From an uncultured Gammaproteobacteria bacterium (GTDB taxonomy: Bacteria > Patescibacteriota > Microgenomatia > Daviesbacterales > UBA10151), in the NCBI GenBank assembly GCA_964500725.1, contig CAZCNP010000006.1, forward strand, positions 3,634-67,633: a DNA stretch of 64,000 nt, read 5' to 3'. Every line of letters starts with the position of its first letter. Within the stretch, counting starts at the first letter, position 1. The translations under genes were made by a program, and so were the position numbers. The notes under the pieces were generated by a model, which had not been told where the DNA came from, did not search any database, and saw only the letters and a program-made list of their open reading frames with translations. Positions 49,070 to 58,941 of this stretch are shown piece after piece.

Positions 49070-49303
49070 ATGGAAAAGAGTAACAGACAAACTGTCAAAT
49101 CCTCAATGCTTCGAGCAGGTAAAAGAACTTTCTTTTTTGATGTAAAGGTAGCCTCAAATAGTAAGAAGTATCTAAAAATTACTGAATCAAGCTTTGAAGG
49201 AGAAGGTAAAGAGAGAAGATATAATTCTTTCTTGCTTTGGCCAGAAAATTTAACTGATTTTCAACAAAGATTAACAGAAGTCAGTAGTGTTCTGGTTAAG
49301 TAA
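49070..49303 (+). CDS. DUF3276-like (PUR-alpha-like) small nucleic-acid-binding protein
   Basis: RAGKRTFFFDVK...KYLKITES...ERRYNSFLLWPE. Inserted on the opposite strand between rpsJ and rplC. Confidence 0.55.
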   Translation: MEKSNRQTVKSSMLRAGKRTFFFDVKVASNSKKYLKITESSFEGEGKERRYNSFLLWPENLTDFQQRLTEVSSVLVK

Positions 49304-49327
49304 TCTAAATGCACGCCGGCGTGCAAG

Positions 49328-49636
49328 TTACATCTTAACTTCAATGTCAACTCCTGCTGGAATTTCAAGATGCATTAGGGAATCTATAGTTTTTGGAGTG
49401 GGTTCGACAATATCAATCATTCTTTTGTGAGTTTTTATCTCAAATGCTTCTCTGGAATTTTTATCTGTATGAGGAGAAGTTAAAACTGTGATTTTTTGAG
49501 TTTGTGTAGGAAGGGGGATGGGACCAACAATTTTAGCTCCCGTTCTAAGGGCTGTATCCAATAAGGACTCGCAGGTGTTGTCTAACACCCTATGATCATA
49601 ACTTTTTAGTTTTACTCTAATTCGTCCTCTTGGCAT
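49328..49636 (-). CDS. rpsJ: 30S ribosomal protein S10
   Basis: MPRGRIRVKLKSYDHRVLD. Confidence 0.95.
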   Translation of the reverse strand: MPRGRIRVKLKSYDHRVLDNTCESLLDTALRTGAKIVGPIPLPTQTQKITVLTSPHTDKNSREAFEIKTHKRMIDIVEPTPKTIDSLMHLEIPAGVDIEVKM

Positions 49637-49733
49637 AATCGGAGTCCGGTTCTACCGGACGAGATCGCTTGCAAAAAATGTCTAAATGACATTTTTTGAC
49701 AAGGGCACTACCTTTCAATGTGCATTATACACT

Positions 49734-49754
49734 AAAAAAGGGGCTTTCGCCCCA
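49734..49754 (-). terminator. intrinsic terminator after tuf
   Basis: Minus strand GGGGCGAAAGCCCC followed by U6. Confidence 0.6.
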
Positions 49755-49775
49755 ATTTAAACTTACTAAAAACCC

Positions 49776-50960
49776 TTAAGCAATAATTTTAGTTATTACT
49801 CCAGCTCCAACAGTTTTACCACCTTCTCTGACAGCAAAACGAAGGCCTTCTTCCATAGCAACTGGGGTTATAAGTTTTCCTTTAACATTAACTGTGTCTC
49901 CTGGCATAGCCATTTCAACCCCTTCAGGAAGCTGGACTTCACCAGTCACATCTGTAGTTCTAACATAAAACTGTGGTCTGTAACCTTTGAAAAATGGGGT
50001 ATGTCTTCCACCTTCTTCTTTTGAAAGAACATAAACTTCAGCTTCAAATTCAGAGTGAGGTGTAATTGAACCTGGTTTGGCCAAAACCTGCCCCCTTTCA
50101 ACATCAGTCTTTTCAATACCTCGAAGCAATATTCCAGCGTTATCTCCAGCTTGGCCTTCATCCAACATTTTGTGGAACATCTCAATTCCAGTTACCACAC
50201 TTTTCTTTGTAGGTCTAATTCCAACAATTTCTATTTCTTCATTAACTTTTACTCTTCCTCTTTCAATCCTTCCAGTAACAACTGTTCCCCTGCCTTTAAT
50301 AGAGAAAACATCCTCAACAGCCATCAAAAAAGGCTTATCCACATCTCTTACTGGAGTTGGAATCCATTCATCAACTTTGTTCATTAACTCTTCAACAGCC
50401 TTTACTGCCTCTGCATCACCTTCTAAAGCTTTTTTAGCAGAACCTCTAATTATTGGGGAATTTGGATCATATTCATATTTTTTAAGCAAATCTCTTACTT
50501 CTTCTTCAACCAAATCCAGAAGTTCTGGATCATCAACCATATCAACTTTATTGAGGAATACTACAATTGCTGGGACTCCTACCTGACGGGCTAAAAGTAA
50601 ATGCTCTCTGGTTTGAGGCATTGGTCCATCTGGAGCAGAAACAACCAAAATTGCTCCATCAGTTTGAGCAGCACCAGTAATCATGTTTTTGATGTAATCT
50701 GCATGACCAGGCATATCTATATGAGCATAGTGTCTTTTTTCAGTTTCGTATTCTTGGTGAGAAATATTGATTGTAATACCGCGGGCTTTTTCCTCAGGAG
50801 CATTATCAATCTGATCAACTGATCTTTTTTCTGCAAGCCCTTTAGCAGCCAATACATTAGTAATTGCTGCAGTTAAGGTTGTCTTACCATGGTCAACATG
50901 ACCCATGGTTCCAACATTAACATGTGGTTTACTTCTATCAAATTTTTTCTGATCTGCCAT
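49776..50960 (-). CDS. tuf: elongation factor Tu
   Basis: [15 protein letters not shown]-type motifs; 394 aa. Confidence 0.97.
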   Translation of the reverse strand: MADQKKFDRSKPHVNVGTMGHVDHGKTTLTAAITNVLAAKGLAEKRSVDQIDNAPEEKARGITINISHQEYETEKRHYAHIDMPGHADYIKNMITGAAQTDGAILVVSAPDGPMPQTREHLLLARQVGVPAIVVFLNKVDMVDDPELLDLVEEEVRDLLKKYEYDPNSPIIRGSAKKALEGDAEAVKAVEELMNKVDEWIPTPVRDVDKPFLMAVEDVFSIKGRGTVVTGRIERGRVKVNEEIEIVGIRPTKKSVVTGIEMFHKMLDEGQAGDNAGILLRGIEKTDVERGQVLAKPGSITPHSEFEAEVYVLSKEEGGRHTPFFKGYRPQFYVRTTDVTGEVQLPEGVEMAMPGDTVNVKGKLITPVAMEEGLRFAVREGGKTVGAGVITKIIA

Positions 50961-51048
50961 ATTTTTACCTCTAAAATCCAGCTAGCTCAGCTGGAACATT
51001 TATAATGTACCGTATTTGCAAAATAAATGCAATAGTTAAATTTTGATG

Positions 51049-51300
51049 TTATTTGTAAACTCCTTGTCTATGCTCAACTTCAACTACTGTTAAAATATTC
51101 TCCTTTGTAGAAAAAATATAAATTACTCTGTAAGGCCAAGCATAAAGTTTGTATTGTCCTGCAAATTCACCCTTCAATTTTTCTCCAGCAAGCGGGTTAC
51201 TGGCTAATTTTTCAATAGCTTTGGCGATTTTCTTTTTAGCAGCTACTGGCAATTTTAAAAAAGACTTCTCAGCTGTCTTGGTAAAAATTACTTGCACCAT
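51049..51300 (-). CDS. type II toxin, RelE/ParE/YoeB family
   Basis: 83 aa. Overlaps the upstream antitoxin gene by 1 nt and has a RelE-like C-terminal pattern (..YRVIY....ILTVVEVEHR). Confidence 0.65.
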   Translation of the reverse strand: MVQVIFTKTAEKSFLKLPVAAKKKIAKAIEKLASNPLAGEKLKGEFAGQYKLYAWPYRVIYIFSTKENILTVVEVEHRQGVYK

Positions 51301-51563
51301 TAGAGACCCGCTTTTTTCTTAACCTCTTCCCAGGATACTACTCTGCCTTTTTTAATATCTTCGAGTCCCTTTTTAATCCCCATCACTAGTTTTTTATCAG
51401 ACATCACTTCCATGGTAGCCTCCCAGGAAGCAAGCTCTTCAGCGCTTATCAAAACAGCTTTTGTCTCACCTTTATTGGTAATAGCAATCTTTTTGCCACT
51501 GGAGGCCTCTTCAAGTAAATCATACAATGTATTTCGTGCGGTTGTTGCAGAAACTGTAATCAT
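51300..51563 (-). CDS. type II antitoxin, Phd/YefM family
   Basis: 87 aa. MITVSATTARNTLYDLLEEA...KAVLISAEELASWEATMEV is a typical YefM/Phd N-terminus. Confidence 0.7.
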   Translation of the reverse strand: MITVSATTARNTLYDLLEEASSGKKIAITNKGETKAVLISAEELASWEATMEVMSDKKLVMGIKKGLEDIKKGRVVSWEEVKKKAGL

Positions 51564-51617
51564 AAATTAACTGTACGCTTTTACGTACGTCTTGTCAAGA
51601 AGTAAATTTAAAATGAA

Positions 51618-53756
51618 TTAATGCTCAACTCTACCAGTAAAGCCTGAAGTTTCAATAATCTTTTGAGTAATATTTGAAGGCACTGGTTCATAGTGGTCTG
51701 CTTCCATATAATAGGTAGCTCTTCCTTGAGACATAGACCTTATAGCTGTTGCATATCCATGCATTTCTGCCAAAGGCACTAAAGCCATAACTACCCTGGC
51801 ATTACCTCTTGTTTCAGAAGATAAAATTTGAGCCCTTTTTGAAGACAGATCACCAATTATTTCTCCCAAAAATTCCTCAGGGGTGGTTACTTCCACCTTC
51901 ATAATAGGTTCAAGTAAAATCATATCTGCTTTTTTAGCTGCCTCAGACAAACCTAAAGAAGCAGCAATCTTAAAGGCTATCTCAGAGGAATCAACATCAT
52001 GGAATGAACCATCATAAACAGTAACTTTAATATCTGTTACAGGGTAGCCTGCCAAAATACCTGTATCTTCTTTTTCAATAACACCCTTTTCAATAGGAGG
52101 AATAAATTCCCTGGGAATAGCTCCACCCACAATTGCTGAGACAAATTCCCTGCCCTGTCCACGGGGCAGAGGTTCAATCTTGAGTAAACAATGGCCATAT
52201 TGACCACGTCCACCAGTTTGTCTTATGTATTTACCCTCACCTTCTGCAAATTTGGTAATAGTTTCTTTATAAGCAACTTGAGGCTGACCCACATTTGCCT
52301 CCAGCTTGAATTCTCTTTTCATTCTGTCAACCAGAATTTCAAGCTGTAGCTCGCCCATTCCAGCAATAATAGTTTGGCCAGTTTCAGCATCTGATTTAAC
52401 CCTAAAGGTTGGATCTTCTTCAGCTAGTCTTTGCAAGGCAAATCCTAATTTTTCCTGGTCAGATTTTGTTTTTGGCTCAATTGCCAAGGAAATAACTGGA
52501 TCAGGGAAGGAAATAGATTCTAAAATAATTGGAGCTGACTCGTCACACAAAGTATTACCCGTAATCGTGTCTTTTAATCCTACTGCTGCCACAATTTCTC
52601 CCGCGAAAGCCTCATCAATTTCCTCTCTATCATTAGCATGCATTAAAAGAAGTCTTCCGACTCTTTCGTTGACTTGCTTGGTAGAGTTATAAACGTAAGA
52701 ACCGCTCTTTAATGTTCCTGAATAAACTCTTATATAGGTCAACTTACCTACATGAGGGTCAACTTGAATTTTAAATGCCAAAGCAGCTAAAGGAGCGGCA
52801 GGATCACCCTTTCTTTCTTCTGACCCGCCTGTTTTTGGATTTATTCCACTTGTAAGATACACATCCTGAGGGGAAGGTAAATATTCAACAACAGCATCAA
52901 GCATCGGTTGAACACCTTTGTTCCGCAGAGAAGATCCAGCAAAAACTGGTACAATTTTGTTGGCAATAACAGCCTTTCTTAAGGCTTCTTTGAGCTCTGT
53001 AACTGTAATCTCTTCTCCGTTTAAATACTTTTCCATCAACACATCATTAGATCCTGCAATCTCTTCTACTAGTTTCTCGCGAGCAGCCTTAACCTCATCT
53101 GCCATCTCAACAGGAATTTCCACTTCATTAAACTTAGCGCCTGTTTGATCACCCTCCCAAATCAATGCTTTTTGAGTTAATAAATCTACTATGCCTTTAA
53201 AATCATTTTCTTTGCCTATCGGAAGATTGTAGGCTATAGCATTTGCTCCTAACCTGTCTCTCGCCGATTGAATAGTAGCTTGGAAATCAGCTCCTACTAC
53301 ATCCATTTTGTTAGAAAAGGCAATCAAAGGAACCTTATATTTATTAGCCTGTCTCCAAACTGTTTCTGTTTGAGACTGAACACCAGACGAAGAATCCAAA
53401 ACAATTACAGCTCCATCTAAAACCCTTAGAGACCTTTCTACTTCAGCTGTAAAATCAACGTGGCCTGGGGTATCAATTAAGTTAATTCTAATTTCATTAC
53501 CTTCAAAAAGTCCTCTTTTGACTGTCCAAAAAGCAGTGATAGCTGCAGAAACAATAGTAATTCCTCTTTCTCTTTCCTGCTCCATCCAGTCAGTAACTGT
53601 GGTTCCTTCGTCAATATTTCCAATTTTATAAGTTCTACCGGTGTAAAATAGAATTCTTTCTGTTGTGGTAGTTTTCCCAGCATCAATATGGGCAATAATC
53701 CCAATATTTCTAATTCTATCAAGCGGGAAGTCCCTTTTAGTCTTTTGTATAGCCAT
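51618..53756 (-). CDS. fusA: elongation factor G
   Basis: AHIDAGKTT and five-domain EF-G; 712 aa. Confidence 0.97.
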   Translation of the reverse strand: MAIQKTKRDFPLDRIRNIGIIAHIDAGKTTTTERILFYTGRTYKIGNIDEGTTVTDWMEQERERGITIVSAAITAFWTVKRGLFEGNEIRINLIDTPGHVDFTAEVERSLRVLDGAVIVLDSSSGVQSQTETVWRQANKYKVPLIAFSNKMDVVGADFQATIQSARDRLGANAIAYNLPIGKENDFKGIVDLLTQKALIWEGDQTGAKFNEVEIPVEMADEVKAAREKLVEEIAGSNDVLMEKYLNGEEITVTELKEALRKAVIANKIVPVFAGSSLRNKGVQPMLDAVVEYLPSPQDVYLTSGINPKTGGSEERKGDPAAPLAALAFKIQVDPHVGKLTYIRVYSGTLKSGSYVYNSTKQVNERVGRLLLMHANDREEIDEAFAGEIVAAVGLKDTITGNTLCDESAPIILESISFPDPVISLAIEPKTKSDQEKLGFALQRLAEEDPTFRVKSDAETGQTIIAGMGELQLEILVDRMKREFKLEANVGQPQVAYKETITKFAEGEGKYIRQTGGRGQYGHCLLKIEPLPRGQGREFVSAIVGGAIPREFIPPIEKGVIEKEDTGILAGYPVTDIKVTVYDGSFHDVDSSEIAFKIAASLGLSEAAKKADMILLEPIMKVEVTTPEEFLGEIIGDLSSKRAQILSSETRGNARVVMALVPLAEMHGYATAIRSMSQGRATYYMEADHYEPVPSNITQKIIETSGFTGRVEH

Positions 53757-53983
53757 TATTTTCCTCCCTTTTCTAAATCTCTAATTATCTTTTTTATCTC
53801 TTCAATCCTAACTCTAGCAGTCTCTGCATCCTCTATGGCCATAGTATAGGCTGCATTTTCAGAAAGATCCCCTTCTTGGGCTGCCTGACCTTTTTTAAGG
53901 TAAATTGCCTCTAGATCACTCTCCAACTGCTTTAAGTTATCCTTCCACATTTTCAATTTTTCTTGTCTTAATTTGTCATCCAT
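53756..53983 (-). CDS. GreA N-terminal coiled-coil domain-only protein (about 75 aa)
   Basis: GDLSENAAY...[15 protein letters not shown] matches the GreA/GreB NTD signature. No FKBP-like CTD. Stop overlaps the fusA ATG (TAATG). Track start is TTG 54025; ATG 53983 sits just after a terminator hairpin. Confidence 0.55.
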   Translation of the reverse strand: MDDKLRQEKLKMWKDNLKQLESDLEAIYLKKGQAAQEGDLSENAAYTMAIEDAETARVRIEEIKKIIRDLEKGGK

Positions 53984-53993
53984 ATTTTTTAAC

Positions 53994-54019
53994 AAAAAAC
54001 CTCCCTCAAACTTGGGAGG
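53994..54019 (-). terminator. intrinsic terminator-like hairpin between rpsG and the greA-N/fusA unit
   Basis: Minus strand CCUCCC-AAGUUUGA-GGGAGG followed by U6. Confidence 0.5.
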
Positions 54020-54044
54020 CCACAAGTAGATATTGTACTATGAA

Positions 54045-54248
54045 TTAGTCTACGTTTCCAGCAGCAATGGCTGCACGGTCACTTCTGACAATATCTGCAG
54101 GATTTAATACTCTAGCCAAAATTGCAGCTGAAATAGGATCCATACGCTCAAAAGCATCAAGCCTATCTACAATATCAGATCCATCAAGAATTCCCACCGC
54201 CGCTGCTAAATCTACTATTGGTCTTAAAACAGAATTTTCTACTGCCAT
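54045..54248 (-). CDS. hypothetical Ala-rich small protein (67 aa); weak support
   Basis: ORF only. No SD, but composition is protein-like. Located between rpsG and the terminator. Confidence 0.25.
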   Translation of the reverse strand: MAVENSVLRPIVDLAAAVGILDGSDIVDRLDAFERMDPISAAILARVLNPADIVRSDRAAIAAGNVD

Positions 54249-54283
54249 ATACTTATATTACCACCCGAAGTCAAGAGAGAAAT

Positions 54284-54760
54284 TTACCAGCGGAAGTGAG
54301 AAAATGCCCTATTGGCATTTGCAATTTTTTGAGTATCTTCTTTTTTCTTTATTGCCAGTCCAGTATTATTGGCAGCATCCATTAATTCTGCTGCCAGCTT
54401 TTTATCAAATGAATGATATTCTTTATTGGATTTTGATCTTGCTCCAGCTAAAATCCATCTGATTGCCAAGGCTTCTTTTCTATCACCACGCACTTCAACA
54501 GGCACTTGATAAGATGCCCCTCCTACTCTCCTTGGCCTTACCTCCATCTTTGGAGAAACATTTGCTATAGCTTTTTCCAAAACAGCTAGTGGCTCTTGTT
54601 TGGATTGTTCTTTTATTACCTCTAAAGCCTGATAGACTAATTTTTCTGCCACTGATTTCTTACCACTTACCATAATTTTATTAATCATTCTATTTATCAG
54701 CTTTGAGCCATAAACAGGATCTTCAACTAATATTCTTTTTTCTGCTTTTTTGCTTCGCAT
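54284..54760 (-). CDS. rpsG: 30S ribosomal protein S7
   Basis: S7 core. Confidence 0.95.
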   Translation of the reverse strand: MRSKKAEKRILVEDPVYGSKLINRMINKIMVSGKKSVAEKLVYQALEVIKEQSKQEPLAVLEKAIANVSPKMEVRPRRVGGASYQVPVEVRGDRKEALAIRWILAGARSKSNKEYHSFDKKLAAELMDAANNTGLAIKKKEDTQKIANANRAFSHFRW

Positions 54761-54781
54761 GCTTTTATCTACTCCTAAACT

Positions 54782-55246
54782 TTATGCTGTTGGGGCTGCT
54801 GGTTGTGGAACTGCTGCAGCTCTTGGCGCCGGCCCGCCGCCACCCTTTTTAGTACCATATCTTGATCTGCCTCGTTTCCTGCCTACCACACCTGCTAAAT
54901 CAAATTTACCTCTGACTAAATGATATTTAACTCCAGGCAAATCTTTCACCCTGCCACCTCTTACTAAAACTATTCCATGCTCTGCCAAAGAATGTCCCTC
55001 TCCTTGAATATAGGCTGTTACCTCAGTTCTGTTAGACAACCTTACCCTGGCTACTTTTCTCAAAGCTGAGTTAGGCTTTTTAGGAGTCATTGTTTTAACC
55101 AAAGTTACCACGCCCCGTTTTTGTGGATTAAAATCTTGAGTGTACCGTCTATCTTTAGCATTAAAGCTGCGTCGCAGAGCTGTAGCTTTAATCTTTTTTG
55201 CTAAATTTTTTCTACCTTTTCTTACCAATTGATTAATTGTAGGCAT
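54782..55246 (-). CDS. rpsL: 30S ribosomal protein S12 (internal insertion and Gly/Pro/Ala-rich C-terminal tail)
   Basis: [11 protein letters not shown] ... [10 protein letters not shown] ... plus tail [20 protein letters not shown]. Confidence 0.95.
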   Translation of the reverse strand: MPTINQLVRKGRKNLAKKIKATALRRSFNAKDRRYTQDFNPQKRGVVTLVKTMTPKKPNSALRKVARVRLSNRTEVTAYIQGEGHSLAEHGIVLVRGGRVKDLPGVKYHLVRGKFDLAGVVGRKRGRSRYGTKKGGGGPAPRAAAVPQPAAPTA

Positions 55247-55248
55247 CT

Positions 55249-58200
55249 TTAACTTTCCATCTTAGCCCTTTCTGTACTAGTTGGGATAAGTCGGCCAATT
55301 ATAACATTTTCTTTCAAACCAATCAGCTTATCAACCTTGCCTGAAATAGCTGCATCTGACAGTACTGAGGTAGTTTCTTGGAATGAAGCAGCAGAAAGGA
55401 AGCTTTCTGTTTGCAGAGAAGCCCTGGTGATTCCTAAAATTACCACCTCTGCTGTTGCAGCTTCGCCACCGCTTGCCAATACCCGTTTATTTTCCTCTTC
55501 AAAACGGATTTTATCCACAATTTCACCCGGCAGCAGATTGGTATCTCCTTGAGTTTCTACCCTGACTTTATCTGACATTTTTCTAACTATTACCTCAAAA
55601 TGCTTTTCGTTAATAGGCACACCTTGAGATTCGTAAACTGATCTTACTTCATCAACAATATAGCGTTGCGCTGATCTTAATCCCTGAATCCTTAAGATTT
55701 CTTTGACATCAATATGGCCTGAGGCTAAAATTGTTCCTGCATCAATCAGTTGGCCTTCCTCAACTAGTAATGCTGAGGTAGCAGGGATAATATATTCTCT
55801 TTCTTCGTGTGGCTTTTGTGTAGTTTTAACCCTAACTCTGGTTCCGAGCTCAGTTTCTAATACTGAAACCTTACCAGCAATCTCTGACATTGGAGAGGCC
55901 ACCTTAGGAATACGGGCTTCAAATAATTCTTCCACTCTTGGTAAACCTTGAGTAATATCCAAACCAATAATTCCTCCTGTGTGGAAAGTGCGCATGGTAA
56001 GTTGTGTGCCTGGCTCACCGATTGCTTGAGCAGCTACTACCCCTACAGGGGTACCAATTTTAACAAGTTGTCTGGTAGTCAAATCAAAACCATAACAGGT
56101 GCTACAAATCCCGTAGCGGGCTTCACAAGTCAAAGGCGAACGGGCGGAGACTTTGGTTACTCCTGCTTTCAAAATCTGAGAGACAACCTCTTCAGCTAAA
56201 AAGACACCTTTTTTAATCATTACTTTTCTAGTTTTTGGTTCTAAAATATTATCTGCTACCATTCTACCCAAGAGTTTCTCTCTGGCTGTAGTAAAGCTGT
56301 TTTTGGATAAGTCGTAGTCTAATGATAGATCAGTTCCGCAATCCTCTATTCTAACAATGACATCATGCGCAACATCAACCAGTCTTCGGGTCAAATAACC
56401 TGCATCAGCTGTTTTCAAAGCTTTATCTGCCACACCTTTTCTGGCTCCTCTAGCTGAAGTAAAGTATTCAAATACTGACAAGCCTTGTCTGTAATTTGAT
56501 TTAGTGGGTAGGTCAACAATTTTTCCTGTTGGATCAGTAGATAAACCTCTCATAGCAGAAAGCTGTTTTGCTTGATCTCTAGATCCTCTTGCTCCTGCCT
56601 CAACCATCATTCTGATTGGATTTTGCATACCTAAGTAGTCCCAGGTAGCGTTTGCCAGCTCTTCTGTGACTTTAATCCATACCATTTGTGAAAGCTGGGA
56701 TTTTTCTTGTGGAGTAATTAAACCTTTGGCTGTATTTGCCTCGATCTTTTCAATCTCTTGAACAGCCTTATCTAAATATTCCTGCTTATTAGGTACCACT
56801 TTTGCATCAAAGATAGAAATTGAAATACCAGCAATAGTGGCCCCCCAAAAACCGATAGTCTTAATGTTATCAATAAGCTCAGTAGCTTTTTCTTTACCTA
56901 AAGACTCCATAGCTTTGAGGATAATATCTCTAATGGTAAATCCTTTGATAACCGAGTTGATAAACTGCATCTTTTCAGGCAGCACCTGATTAAACAAAAT
57001 TCTACCCACAGATGTTTCGATAACCTCATTATTAATTCTCGTTTGGATTTTTTGTTGAACCCTAATTTTACCCAAGGCAAAAGCACGAACAGCATCTTCT
57101 GGAGTAATAAAGAATTTAGGTTTATCATTTCCGCTGTTCTCCTCCAGCGAGGTTAAGTAATAACATCCTAAAGCCATCTCTCTATTTGGTACGGTAATTG
57201 GCTGGGCATTAGCAGGACCAAAAATATTTTCTTTGGCCATCATCAAATTTTTGGCCTCTTCTTGAGCCTTAGTGGATAAAGGCACATGGATTGCCATTTG
57301 ATCTCCATCAAAATCAGCATTAAACCCTGCGCAAATACAAGGATGGATCGCGATAGCATTACCATCAACCAAGACCGGGTAGAATGCCTGAATACCCAAC
57401 CTATGCAAAGTAGGAGCACGGTTGATTAATATTGGGTGGCCAGTAATAATTTCTTCCAAAATATCCCAAACTTCAGAAGGTCGAAGCTCCAAAACATTTT
57501 TTGCACCCTTTACATTAGATGCCAAACCTCTGGCTATCATTTCCCTCAAAACAAAAGGCTTAAACATTTCCAAAGCCATCTCTTTAGGAAGTCCTACCTG
57601 ATCCAGTCTTAATCTTGGTCCAACAACTATAACTGATCTTCCTGAATAATCCACTCTTTTACCTAACAGATTCTGCCTAAATCGCCCTTGCTTACCGCGT
57701 AACATATCTGACAGAGAACGCAGAGCGTGAGCCACCACCGGACCGCCCCGTCTTGAAGTTCTAGATGAAGCATCAATCAAGCTATCAACAGCTTCTTGTA
57801 ACATTCTTTTTTCATTTCTTAAAATTATCTCCGGAGCGCCAAGATTAATTAATTTATTCAAACGGTTGTTTCTATTTATAACTCTTCGGTAAAGATCATT
57901 CAGGTCTGAAGTAGCAAACCTGCCTCCTGGCAGTTGTACCATTGGTCTTAAATCTGGAGGTAAGACTGGCAAAACACGCAACACTAACCAGTCGGGATTA
58001 ATTCCTGACGAACGCATTCCTTCAATTACTCTCAATCTTTTAGTAGCTTTAATATGTTTTTGTCCTGTGGATTTTCTAACCTCTTCCCTTAAATTGGCAG
58101 CCAGTTTATCCAGATCTAACTTTTGCAGAATGTCCAGCAAAGCTTCTGCTCCCATGCCAACCTTAACAAAATCTGAAACTCCATATTCTGAGAGCTTATA

Positions 58201-58941
58201 GTACTCTTCCTCTGACAATAGCTTCATAGGCACTACAGATTTAACAAGATCAGAAACTACCTTATAAATTCCTTCCAACTGACCACTTTCTATTACTAAA
58301 CCGTCTCTCATCTTTTGAATTGCGCGTCTACCTTTTAGTTGCATCTCAGAAGCTTCTAGTTCAAATTTTTCTTTTTCCAATTTCTTCTTCAGGCCTTCAA
58401 TATCTTTTTTCAGTTGAGCCTCAAAACCTTTAATATTCTTTTCCAGATTCGCTTTAGCTTCCTCCTGCTTTGCTTGTAAATCTTTTTCTAACTTTTGCAA
58501 AGCTTCAGTTTTACCATTTGGATCAATAGCAGTAACCACATAAGAGGCAAAATAAACCACCGCTTCTAAATTCTTAGGAGAAATATCCAATATCAAAGAA
58601 AGTTTTGAAGGAGCGCCTTTAACAAACCAGCTATGGGCAACTGGCGCAGCCAAAGTAATATGACCCATCCTCTCGCGTCTGACTTTACTTTGGGTAACCT
58701 CAACTCCACATTTATCACAAATCACACCTCTGAACCTAATTCTTTTGTATTTACCACAATAACACTCATAATCTTTAGTTGGACCAAAGATATTTTCTGA
58801 AAACAATCCATCTTTTTCTGCTTTTAGGGTTCGATAATTTATAGTTTCTGGTTTCGTGACTTCACCAAAAGACCAGCTTCTTATTTGTTCTGGAGAAGCA
58901 ACTGTCAATCTTAGTGATTCAAAATCTAGTAAATCATTCAT
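55249..58941 (-). CDS. rpoC: DNA-directed RNA polymerase subunit beta'
   Basis: Zn finger CxxC...CxxC and NADFDGD; 1230 aa. Confidence 0.97.
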   Translation of the reverse strand: MNDLLDFESLRLTVASPEQIRSWSFGEVTKPETINYRTLKAEKDGLFSENIFGPTKDYECYCGKYKRIRFRGVICDKCGVEVTQSKVRRERMGHITLAAPVAHSWFVKGAPSKLSLILDISPKNLEAVVYFASYVVTAIDPNGKTEALQKLEKDLQAKQEEAKANLEKNIKGFEAQLKKDIEGLKKKLEKEKFELEASEMQLKGRRAIQKMRDGLVIESGQLEGIYKVVSDLVKSVVPMKLLSEEEYYKLSEYGVSDFVKVGMGAEALLDILQKLDLDKLAANLREEVRKSTGQKHIKATKRLRVIEGMRSSGINPDWLVLRVLPVLPPDLRPMVQLPGGRFATSDLNDLYRRVINRNNRLNKLINLGAPEIILRNEKRMLQEAVDSLIDASSRTSRRGGPVVAHALRSLSDMLRGKQGRFRQNLLGKRVDYSGRSVIVVGPRLRLDQVGLPKEMALEMFKPFVLREMIARGLASNVKGAKNVLELRPSEVWDILEEIITGHPILINRAPTLHRLGIQAFYPVLVDGNAIAIHPCICAGFNADFDGDQMAIHVPLSTKAQEEAKNLMMAKENIFGPANAQPITVPNREMALGCYYLTSLEENSGNDKPKFFITPEDAVRAFALGKIRVQQKIQTRINNEVIETSVGRILFNQVLPEKMQFINSVIKGFTIRDIILKAMESLGKEKATELIDNIKTIGFWGATIAGISISIFDAKVVPNKQEYLDKAVQEIEKIEANTAKGLITPQEKSQLSQMVWIKVTEELANATWDYLGMQNPIRMMVEAGARGSRDQAKQLSAMRGLSTDPTGKIVDLPTKSNYRQGLSVFEYFTSARGARKGVADKALKTADAGYLTRRLVDVAHDVIVRIEDCGTDLSLDYDLSKNSFTTAREKLLGRMVADNILEPKTRKVMIKKGVFLAEEVVSQILKAGVTKVSARSPLTCEARYGICSTCYGFDLTTRQLVKIGTPVGVVAAQAIGEPGTQLTMRTFHTGGIIGLDITQGLPRVEELFEARIPKVASPMSEIAGKVSVLETELGTRVRVKTTQKPHEEREYIIPATSALLVEEGQLIDAGTILASGHIDVKEILRIQGLRSAQRYIVDEVRSVYESQGVPINEKHFEVIVRKMSDKVRVETQGDTNLLPGEIVDKIRFEEENKRVLASGGEAATAEVVILGITRASLQTESFLSAASFQETTSVLSDAAISGKVDKLIGLKENVIIGRLIPTSTERAKMES

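Noticed and set aside
50077-50586. Plus-strand 169-aa and 78-aa ORFs antisense to tuf, and similar antisense ORFs in fusA (52306-52692, 52918-53148), rpoC (55337-56199) and rpoB (59935-61815)
   Set aside because: All lie antisense within highly conserved genes. Ser/Thr/Pro/Leu-rich low-complexity translations, no ribosome-binding sites.
54067-54462. Plus-strand 131-aa ORF
   Set aside because: Overlaps the rpsG coding region on the opposite strand and has junk-like composition. The minus-strand 67-aa ORF in the same place is kept only at low confidence.
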